The notes under the pieces: model-generated | What the model saw: only the letters and a program-made list of their open reading frames with translations | Databases searched by the model: none | Told to the model about the DNA's origin: nothing | In this document: piece by piece, positions 19,501 through 28,238 of the stretch | Layout: every line of letters begins with the position of its first letter | Position numbering within the stretch: position 1 is the stretch's first letter | Position numbers and translations under genes: made by a program | DNA from: an uncultured bacterium | GTDB lineage: Bacteria; Desulfobacterota; Binatia; HRBIN30; CADEER01 | Direction of reading: 5' to 3' | NCBI GenBank assembly: GCA_963757755.1 | Contig: CAVWTK010000007.1 | Coordinates: forward strand, 132,629 to 196,628 | Length of the DNA: 64,000 nt

Positions 19501-20793
19501 GTGATAGAAGCGGCGCGCCATGGCCGCGTCGGAACGATCCGCCGCCCGTCTCTCCCGCTGGCGCTGATCGCCGGAATGTCCGGCAATTTGATGGAGTGGT
19601 ACGACTTCGCGCTCTACGGCGTGCTCGCCTCCACGCTCGGCCAGCTCTTCTTTCCGAGCGGGAACCGGCTGCTGGCGTTGCTCTCCGTCTTCGGCGTCTT
19701 CGCCGCCGGCTACCTGATGCGCGTCATCGGCGGCGGCGCGTTCGGCCATATCGCCGATCGGCTCGGCCGCCGCCGGGCGCTGCTGCTCTCGGCCGCCAGC
19801 ATGGCCGTCGCCACGGCCCTCGTCGGCTGCCTTCCCACCTACGCCACCGCCGGCGTGGCGGCGCCGGTGCTGTTCACGGTCTTCCGGCTGATTCAGGGCC
19901 TGTCCGTGGGCGGCGAGTTCACCACCTCGGTCGCCTATCTGATCGAGCAGGCGCCGCCGCACCGGCGCGCGCTGCAGGGCAGCCTCGCCGGCCTCACCGG
20001 CGGCATCGGCATCCTTCTCGGCTCGGCGCTCGGCAACGCACTGTTCGCCATCTACAGCCCCGAGGAGGTGCTCGCCTGGGCGTGGCGGCTGCCCTTCCTG
20101 CTCTCCGTGCCGCTCGGCCTGTCGATGGCGATCCTGCGCGCGACCCTGCCGGCGGATGCGCCCGACGAAACCGCGGCCGCGGCGCCGTCGCCGGTGTGGC
20201 GCGTGCTCCGCCAACACCGCGGCGAGATCCTGCGCGGCGTCCTGCTCGGCTGGGGTCCGAACGCCGCCTTTTATGCGGTCGCGGTCTTCCTCGGCTCGTT
20301 CCTCGCTACCGAGCACCTGCTCCCGCAGCAGACGGCGCTCGGTCTGCAGACCAGCGCGATCGCGCTGATGGTGGCGCTGACCCCGGTCGCCGGCTACCTC
20401 GCCGACCGGTTCGGCCGCCGCACCGTCGTGCTCACCGGGATCGCCGCCTGCGCCGTCGCCGCGGTGCCGCTACTGGCGATCCTGCGCGATGGCGATCCGA
20501 CCAACGATCTCTTCGCCGAGCTCGCGTTCGCCGTCTGCATCATCGCCACCCTTCCGCCGTACCAGGTGTGGCTCGCCGAGCGCTTCCCCCGCGATCTGCG
20601 CGCGAGCGGCCTCGGTCTCGCCTACAACGGCGCCGCGGGCATCCTCGGCGGCACGACGCCGCTGCTCTGCGTCTCGGCGGTGGAGCTGACCGGCAGCACG
20701 CTCGCGCCGGGCGCGTACGTCGCGGTCGCGTGCGCCGTGAGTCTGCTGATCGCGATCCGCACACCGGAGACCGGCGACCGGCCGCTGACCTGA
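19501..20793 (+). CDS. MFS transporter, MHS (metabolite:H+ symporter) family
   Basis: Intact 430-aa [16 protein letters not shown] motif, 12 predicted TM segments. GTG start. Confidence 0.8.
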   Translation: MIEAARHGRVGTIRRPSLPLALIAGMSGNLMEWYDFALYGVLASTLGQLFFPSGNRLLALLSVFGVFAAGYLMRVIGGGAFGHIADRLGRRRALLLSAASMAVATALVGCLPTYATAGVAAPVLFTVFRLIQGLSVGGEFTTSVAYLIEQAPPHRRALQGSLAGLTGGIGILLGSALGNALFAIYSPEEVLAWAWRLPFLLSVPLGLSMAILRATLPADAPDETAAAAPSPVWRVLRQHRGEILRGVLLGWGPNAAFYAVAVFLGSFLATEHLLPQQTALGLQTSAIALMVALTPVAGYLADRFGRRTVVLTGIAACAVAAVPLLAILRDGDPTNDLFAELAFAVCIIATLPPYQVWLAERFPRDLRASGLGLAYNGAAGILGGTTPLLCVSAVELTGSTLAPGAYVAVACAVSLLIAIRTPETGDRPLT

Positions 20794-20892
20794 CGATCGC
20801 CTCGAGCTGGATGGCCGGCGTCGCCAACTTCGGCGGCGCGAGGCCATAGAGCACGATCCTCGCCTCGCGTGCGGCAATCTTCTCATGAAGCA

Positions 20893-22432
20893 TCATCCAA
20901 AGACCTTACCGCAGAGACGCGGAGGCGCGGAGCTCGCAGCAGCTCGCTCGTCCGATCTCTGCGTCTCCGCGCCTCTGCGGTGGAGCTCTGAGCTCCCCGC
21001 GGCGTCGCGCGCGGGGCGTTCATAGCCGGGGCGTAAGGTCGACATGAAGGCGACCAGCGCGGTGACTTCCGCCGGCCGCAGATTCTTGCCGTAGGCGGGC
21101 ATGTTGCCGCCGCCCTGCAGGACCTGGCGGACCAGTTGATCGGGGGTCAGGCGCGTCGCGACGTCGTCGAGGGCCGGGCCGCGCATGCCGCCCTCCCCGC
21201 CCAGGCTGTGGCAATTGCGGCACTGCTTCGCTTGCAGGACGATGGCGCCCTGCAACTCGAGCGGGCCGCGGCTCTTGACGAACTTGACGGGCGTTGGCGC
21301 GCCGCTCCACGCGTCCATCACCGGCGACCACGGCGAGTAGGTCCCGAGCCAGGCGAGCACGCTGCAGCGTGAGCATGATGACGATGACGCTCAGCACCGC
21401 CACGGGACGCCGCCGCGCGCTCTTCTCGCCGGTGTTGGAGAGGAACGGCACCAGGAAGAGGATGATGATGCCGACCACCGGCGCGACGAGGATGAGGACC
21501 GTCTCCATGTACGGCGGCAGCAGCGCGAAGGCGGAGAACAGCGGCAGGAAGTAGAAGTCGGGCCGCGGGTTGGTCTCGATCAGGGTGGGATTGGGCGGGC
21601 CGTTCGGACCCGCGGGGCCGAAATAGGCGGCGCAGGCGAGGATCGCGAGGATCAGGAAGCCGGCGAAGACGAGGTCCTTGCCGATCGCGTGCGGCACGAA
21701 GGCACGCCCTCTTTCTTGAGGATCTCTTCGTACTCCTCGTGGTAGGTCGCCGGGTCCACCGGCACGCCCGGCCGCGGATACTCGTTGATGCCCGCCGCCA
21801 GCACGAGGCGCAGGTGCACGCTGATCATGGCGATGATCAGGCCCGGCAGGACGAAGACGTGCAGCGTGAAGAAGCGCGAGAGCGTCTCGCCGGCGATGAT
21901 CGGTCCGCCGAGCAGCAGCGACGTGAGCGCCGCGCCGAGCACCGGCGTGCGCGCGAGGATCGCCGTGCCGATGCCGAGGCCCCAGTAGGCGTCCTGGTCG
22001 AAGCGCAGCACCTGGCCGGTGAACGCCATGCCGAGCGCGCACAGGAAGAGCACGCAGCCGGTGATCCAGGTCAGCTCGCGCGGATACTTGAAGGCGCCGA
22101 ACAGGAACACCTGGATCATGTGCAGCGTCATGATCGCCACCATGAAGTTGGAGCCCCAGTTGTGGACGGCGCGCAGAAACCAGCCGAGGTACTGGTCGTA
22201 GTTGAGGAAGATCAGGCTCGTCCACGCCTGGTCCGCCGACGGCACGTACGTCAGCGACAGGCACATGCCGGTGACGATCTGGATGACGAAGCACAGCAGC
22301 GTGCCGCTGCCGAAGACGTAGAACCAGCTGCCGGAGCTCGCCGGCACACTGTGCCCGGCCGTCGACTCGAACAGCTTGCGTCAGGTGCAGGCGTTCGTCG
22401 AGCCAGACGGCGATGTTCTGAGCCAGGCGCAT
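20893..22432 (-). pseudogene. cytochrome b with fused C-terminal mono-heme cytochrome c domain, at least 3 frameshifts
   Basis: The start MRLAQNIAVWLDERLHL, the cyt b core in ORF 21652..22347 (FYVFGSGTLLCFVIQIVTG...HNWGSNFMVAIMTLHM), a subunit-IV-like part (PDFYFLPLF) in ORF 21020..22432, and a CRNCH heme site in ORF 20893..21360. The C-terminal tail runs into a hairpin repeat, so the stop is uncertain. Confidence 0.75.
20906..20983. repeat. octamer-armed hairpin, TTCACC family (CGCRGAG variant)
   Basis: ccgcagagacgcggaggcgcggag / ctctgcgtctccgcgcctctgcgg. It lies between the convergent MHS transporter and cyt b 3' ends. Confidence 0.8.
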
Positions 22433-22523
22433 GTGGCTTATGGTCTACGGCCCGTGGCCTGAACCGTCATCGGAAGGCGTGCCCCTCTGGCCACGCGCCA
22501 TCTGCCGTCAGCCATGAGCTCCC

Positions 22524-23019
22524 TCACACGCCCTGCGCCAAGGTCGGCAGCTGGCCGCCGCGCACCAGGAGCTGGTCGCCGTCGACCTTGTACTCGTACT
22601 CGTAGAGTCGGCGCGGCGGCGGACCGGAGGCGCGCGTCGCCATCCTCGTAGTAGACGCCGCCGTGGCACGGGCACATGAACAGCCCCGACTCGGGGAACC
22701 AGCGCACCGGGCAGCCGAGGTGGGTGCAGTTGATGGCGAACACCTGGAAGCGGTCGGCGGCGATGCGCCGCACCCAGCACGGCACCTCGGCGGTCTCGCC
22801 GTCCCACGGCGTCTTGAACGGATTCGTGTACGTCGCGAGCCGCGTCTGCCCGACCGGAAAGGCGTCGAGCGCGCCGAGCGTGATCCACGCCTGATCGCGC
22901 CGGCGATTCTTCAGCGCCCCGCCGAGGTAGCCGACGATCGGGATCGCCAGCAGCGCCGCCGCAACCGCGTTCAGGGCCATGCCGAGGGTGACGAGGAAAT
23001 TTCGCCGTGAGGTTTTCAT
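22524..23019 (-). pseudogene. Rieske [2Fe-2S] protein, 1 frameshift near 22650
   Basis: Tat-type MKTSRRNFLV, CTHLGC...CPCHGG. After GVYYEDG the conserved end (GPPPRRLYEYEYKVDGDQLLVRGG...) lies one base out of frame. Confidence 0.8.
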
Positions 23020-23027
23020 TGCTCTTC

Positions 23028-23133
23028 TTCACCACGGAGGCGCGGAGACACGGAGATCTCGGCGCGCGGGTCCCTCTTATTTTTTGTCTTCGTCTTCATT
23101 CCGTTCTCCGGATCTCCGTGCCTCCGTGGTGAA
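23028..23133. repeat. octamer-armed hairpin, TTCACC family (CACGGAG units) with ~55-nt loop insert
   Basis: ttcaccacggaggcgcggagacacggag ... ctccgtgcctccgtggtgaa. It lies between the cyt c stop and the Rieske start. Confidence 0.8.
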
Positions 23134-23135
23134 CA

Positions 23136-23803
23136 TCAGGGAAACTGTGGACGCTTCGAAACCATCCATGCCACGACGTCGCTGATCTCCTGCTCGCTCA
23201 TCGGCGTCTGCGAGCCGGCGCGCCAGTCGGGCATGCCGAGGTCGATCCGGCCGCAGATCACGGCGAGGCGCAGCGCCTGGTCGGTGACGAGGCCGAGGTA
23301 GGCGCCGTCGACCACCGAGCCGCCGTGCGGACCGCCGCTCCCGTCGGCACCATGGCAGGAGGCGCAGCGCGCCGCGTACACCTGCGCACCGGTGTCCGGT
23401 ACGCCGGGGGCCATCGCCGTGTACGGCGGCAGCTGTTCCGGACGCAGCCCGCGCGCCCCCCACGTGCTGATGAGGCCGTCGGCGATGATGCCGACCTGAT
23501 CGTCGGTCAGCATACCGCCCGACGACGGCAGCGAAGCCCGGCATCGTGGTGTTCGGCACGCCCTCCGCGGTCGCGTGGAGGAGACGCTCGCGGCCGGCGA
23601 TCGTCAGATAGACGGGATCGTTGAGCGGACGCGCGCCGCCGAAGAGACCGTCCTGCCCGTGACAGCCCGAACAGTTCTGGCCGTACAGCGTGGCGAAAGT
23701 CGACGACCTGCGCCGGCCGCAGCGGCCGATCCGCTTCGGTCGGCTTGCCCGGGAGCGAGTCGCAAGCGGCCAGCAGACGTGCGTCACCGCCAGCAGGAAG
23801 CAC
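23136..23803 (-). pseudogene. diheme cytochrome c (lipoprotein-like N-terminus), at least 2 frameshifts
   Basis: LLAACDS lipobox-like segment, first CSGCH site in the frame of ORF 23077..23787, second CASCH site in ORF 23136..23513. The start (GTG 23803) is tentative. Confidence 0.65.
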
Positions 23804-23814
23804 GTTCGGCAAAC

Positions 23815-24650
23815 TCAGCTCGTTGTCCTTCGTTTCCGTCAGCCCCGGCGCTTCGATGCCGGCGCGGGCGGCGAACGGCAGGCTCTGCATCGTGCGGATG
23901 CGCTGCGAGTGCGTGATCACCGCGCCGGCGGCGAGGCCGAAGGCGAACTGCGACGCGACGAACCACTGCCAGTCGATGCGATCGTCGAGCGCCGGATTGA
24001 TCACGCCGAGCGACGCCCAGAGCAGGCCGCTCCACACCAGCGGCGCGATGAAGCCGCCCCACACCGCCGGGCGGCGCGGGAACATCGGCAGGATGGCGGC
24101 GTAGACGAGGCCGACGAAGATCGAGATGGCGATGTGGCTGATCAGCGCGACTCCGAAGGCCAGCCCGTCGAAGGCCATGAGCTGCGCCGTGTCGGCGGTC
24201 GCGAGCGAGGGCATCGCCACCGCCGCGAGCAGGTTGATCGGGATACCAGAGGCTGCCGTAGGCAATCACGCCGTAGGCGCAGGCCACCACCGCCATGGCG
24301 GCGCCGCCCACCAGGCCGCCCAGGATGCCGGACGAATACGGATGGAACTCGACCGGGATGCGCAGGCGGTGTCCCTCGACACCGGGCACGAGCTGCGCGA
24401 CCGCACGCGTCACCGGCTGGGCCGGCTGGGCGCGGCGCGCCAGCGGCAGCAGCGCAACCTCCTCGACGTGCTCGACCGGCAGCACCTCGCGGAACCAGCC
24501 GACGGCGCCCGCGATCACCAGCACCACGCCGACCATCGTGACCAGCGGATGCATGACGAGCCCGGCGAAGCCGAGCGCGACGCCCAGCGCCGCCACCATC
24601 GGCCAGGCCGTCGGCGCCGGCAGCTCGATGCGGTCGTCCGGCGCGCTCAT
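23815..24650 (-). pseudogene. polytopic membrane protein of unknown function inside the oxidase cluster, at least 1 frameshift
   Basis: ORF 23784..24650 (MSAPDDRIELPAPTAWPMVAALGV...) continues in the frame of ORF 23507..24265 (INLLAAVAMPS...FVGLVYAAILPMF...). About 7 hydrophobic helices. The 3' end is not defined. Confidence 0.45.
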
Positions 24651-24681
24651 CGGTGCACGGCCCTTCCGCGTCGCCGATCGG

Positions 24682-25265
24682 TCATCGTCCCACCACGTAG
24701 ACGACGGTGAACACGACGACCCACACCACGTCGACGAAGTGCCAGTACCACGACAGCACCTCGACCCGTTCAGCGTGCGACTCGCGCACCGCGCCGCGCA
24801 GCGCGAACACGAGCACCAATCCGAGCAACAGCAGTCCGACCGTGACGTGCCCCGCGTGGAAGCCGACCAGCGAGAAGTAGGTCGTGCCGAAGAGGTTGGT
24901 CCAGATCGTCAGGTTGTGGTCGTAGATCAGGCCCTTCCACTCGATGGCGGTGGCGACGAGGAAGAAGCCGCCGAGCGCGATGGTGACCGCCCACCACACG
25001 GCGAAGCCGCCGTGCGCGCCGCGGCGCAGCGCCCGCACCGCCAGGGTGATGGTGATGCTGCTCGACAGCAGCGCGATGGTGGCGAGCAGCGGCACGTCGA
25101 GCACATCCTGCGGGTACGGGCCGGTCAGGCTCTTGCCGATGTAGAAGAGGTACGCGGCGACGAAGACGGCGAACAGGCCGACTCGGCGAGGATCATGCAC
25201 GCCATTCCCACGCGCCCGCGGTTGGCGCCGTGGCCGACGGGCGCGCCGGCAGCGACCGCGCTCAC
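24682..25265 (-). pseudogene. ctaE: cytochrome c oxidase subunit III, 1 frameshift
   Basis: The C-terminal part of ORF 24682..26178 ([15 protein letters not shown]...[14 protein letters not shown]). The GTG start overlaps the cox1 stop (GTGA). Confidence 0.8.
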
Positions 25266-26937
25266 TCGTACTTCCAGTCGGGATCGTCGGGATGCTTGAG
25301 ATCCCACAGCGGACGGCGCGCTGCGCACCGTCGGGATGGTCTCGAAGTTGTAGTCCGGCGGCGGCGAGGTGGTGGACCACTCGAGCGTCCACGCGTCCCA
25401 CGGATCGTCGCCGGCCGGTGTGCCGCGGCGCAGCGCCCAGAAGATGTTGATCACCAGCAGCAGCACGCCGAGGATCTGGAACGGCACGCCGATGGTGGAC
25501 AACGCGTTCCACAGCTCGAGCCCGCGGCCGGAATCGTAGGTGTAGATGCGGCGCGGCATGCCGAGCATGCCGGAGATGTGCTGCGGCAGGAACGTCAGGT
25601 TGAAGCCGAGGGTGAAGATCCAGAAGTGCCACTTGCCGAGGCGCTCGCTGAGCATCCGGCCGGTGGCCTTGGGGAACCAGTAGTAGAAGGCGGCGAAGAC
25701 CGTGAAGAGCAGGCCGCCGATCAGCACGTAGTGGAAGTGGGCGACGACGAAGTAGGAGTCGGACAGCTGCCAGTCGAACGGCGCCGCCGCCAGCATCACG
25801 CCGGTCAACCCGGCGCAGAGGAACTGGAAGAGGAAGCCGGTGCAGAACAGCATCGGCGGCGCGAAGCGGATGCTTGCCGCCCCACATCGTGCCCAGCCAG
25901 TTGAAGATCTTGATGCCGGTGGGCACGGCGATGAGCATCGTCGAGAAGACGAAGAAGGTGTTGGCGCCGGCGGTCATGCCGACGGTGAACATGTGGTGCG
26001 CCCAGACGCCGAGGCTGATGAAGCCGATCGACACGGTCGCCGCGACCATCACCGAGTAGCCGAAGATCGGCTTGCGCGAGAACACCGGGATGATCTCGGA
26101 CGCGCAGGCGAACCCGGGCAGCATGAGGATGTAGACCTCGGGGTGGCCGAAGATCCAGAAGAAGTGCTGCCACAGCACCGGCCGAGCCGCCGGCCTGGGT
26201 GTCGAAGAAATGCGCGCCGAGGAAGCGGTCGAAGAGCAGCATCACCTGCGCCGCCGACAGCGGCGGCAGCGCGATGCAGCATCTGGAAGAAGACCACCAG
26301 CATCAGCCAGACGAAGAGCGGCAGGCGGCGGAAGGTCATGCCCGGGCAGCGCATGGTGAAGATGGTGGCGATCAGGTTGGCGGCGGTGGTGAGGCTGCCG
26401 ACGCCGCCGACCAGCAGGCCGATGATCCAGTAGTCGGTGCTGTTGCCGCGCGAGAAGGCGCGCCCGGTGAGCGGCGCGTAGGCGAACCAGCCGACGTCGG
26501 GCATCGAGCCGGCGCCGTACAGCCCGTCGCCGCCGAACACGCTGAAGTAGAGCAGCAGGCCGCCGAAGAGGAACATCCAGAAGCCGAAGGCGTTGAGGCG
26601 CGGGAACGCGAGGTCGCGCGCCCCGATCATCAGCGGGATGAGATAGTTCCCCATGCCGATGATGATCGGCATGCCGACCAGGAACACCATGCTGGTGCCG
26701 TGCATGGTGAACAGCCGGTTGAACACCTGCGGCGACAGGAAGGTGTTGTTCGGCACCGCCAGCTGGATGCGCATCGCCGTCGCCTCGAGCCCCGCGATGA
26801 CGAAGAACACCAGCCCCGCCATGATGTACATCAGCCCCGAGCTTCTTGTGATCGACCGTCGTCACCCACGCGTGCAGCACCGTGGTGACCCCGGGGCGCG
26901 TACGGGGAATCGCGATCGGATGTTCGGCGACAGCCAT
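25262..26937 (-). pseudogene. ctaD: cytochrome c oxidase subunit I, at least 5 frameshifts
   Basis: Highly conserved CoxI blocks ([16 protein letters not shown]-type [41 protein letters not shown]) are spread over ORFs 26242..26937, 26049..26831, 25805..26245, 24682..26178 and 25125..25853. Confidence 0.85.
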
Positions 26938-26950
26938 CGTTCAGACGCCT

Positions 26951-27021
26951 TTCACCACGGAGGCACGGAGACACGGAGCTTGGCGGCATTGTTCTCCGTG
27001 TCTCCGTGCCTCCGTGGTGAA
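26951..27021. repeat. octamer-armed hairpin, TTCACC family (CACGGAG units), perfect copy
   Basis: ttcaccacggaggcacggagacacggag - 15 nt - ctccgtgtctccgtgcctccgtggtgaa. It lies between the cox2 stop and the cox1 start. Confidence 0.9.
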
Positions 27022-27032
27022 TTCTTTTGTCT

Positions 27033-28101
27033 TCATTTCAACGTCGTCAGATACGCGACGATCTCTTTCACATCGGCATCCGCCAGCTGCATCGCCGGCA
27101 TCAGCACGCCTGGCTTGATCGCGTCGGGGTTGGTGATCCAGGCGTGGAGCGCGTCGGCGGTGTTCGGTGCGGCGCCGGCGGCGATGGTCTCGCGGCTCAT
27201 GAGGTGCGTGAGGTCGGGACCGAAGGCGCCGTCGGCGACGGTGCCGCCGATGCGGTGGCAGTTCATGCAGGCCACCGATTGGAACAGGTCGCGCCCGGTC
27301 GTCGCCGAGGTCGCCATCGCCGCCGGCGCGCGTTGTCCGGCGACCCACGCGTCGAACTCCGCCGGCGGATGGGCGATGACGCGCAGCATCATGCGCGCGT
27401 GCTGGGTGCCGCAGTACTCGGCGCACTGGCCGAGGTAGGTCCCGGCCTCGGTGCGGCTCGAACCACATGCGGTTCACGCGGTTGGGGATCACGTCGGTCT
27501 TGCCGTTCAGCTGCGGGATCCAGAAGCTGTGGACGACGTCGGCCGACTCGAGCGTCAGGAACGTCGCCCGCCCGACCGGCACGTGCAGCTCGTTGGCGGT
27601 GACGACGCCCTGCGTCCGGGTAGCGGAACTCCCACCACCACTGGTGGCCGATAACGCGCACGTGCAGGGCGTCGTCCGGCGGGGTCGCGTTCTCGATGGC
27701 GATCAGCGTCCGCGTCGTGACCAGGAAGAGCACGAAGACGATCAGCGTCGGGACCACCGTCCACGCCAGCTCGATCTGGTTGCTGCCGTAGATCTGCGGC
27801 GGCTCGCGGTCCTCATCGCCGGGCCGCGCCCGGAACCGTACGATGCTGTACGCGAGCAGGCCGCGCGACGATCACGAAGATGGCGGCACTGATGCCGAGC
27901 ACGAGCACCGACAGCACATGGATGCTGTCGCGCCGGCGGCGAGTGCGGATCGAAGATGCTCGGAACCGGCCCGGGCGCCGCCGCCGCGCATGTCGGTACG
28001 AGCAGGCTGGCCAGCAGCCCGAGCGCGCGTCTCGCCTCACGCTCTCGTACCCCGCACCACAACACGCGATCGGCTAACCACATCCGCGTCAAGGTCGTCA
28101 A
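27033..28101 (-). pseudogene. ctaC: cytochrome c oxidase subunit II with C-terminal cytochrome c domain (caa3 type), at least 3 frameshifts
   Basis: The CuA region (HSFWIPQLNGK...CAEYCGTQHARM) is split over frames. The CMNCH heme site is in ORF 27033..27392. The start may be Met 28083 instead. Confidence 0.8.
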
Positions 28102-28137
28102 CTTGCAGACGACGGTCGGCGTCCTCGGCGTGACCCT

Positions 28138-28234
28138 GTGGAGTGCGGCGCGTCAGCGCCGCTGGTTCGGGGCGCGGCGTCAGCCGCGCTGACGCGCGGC
28201 TAGGGCAGAGCGGCGCTGACGCGCCGCACTCCAC
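28138..28234. repeat. GC-rich nested palindromic element
   Basis: Perfect 26-bp arms gtggagtgcggcgcgtcagcgccgct / agcggcgctgacgcgccgcactccac. An inner gcgtcagc...gctgacgc hairpin. Confidence 0.85.
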
Positions 28235-28238
28235 GGAG

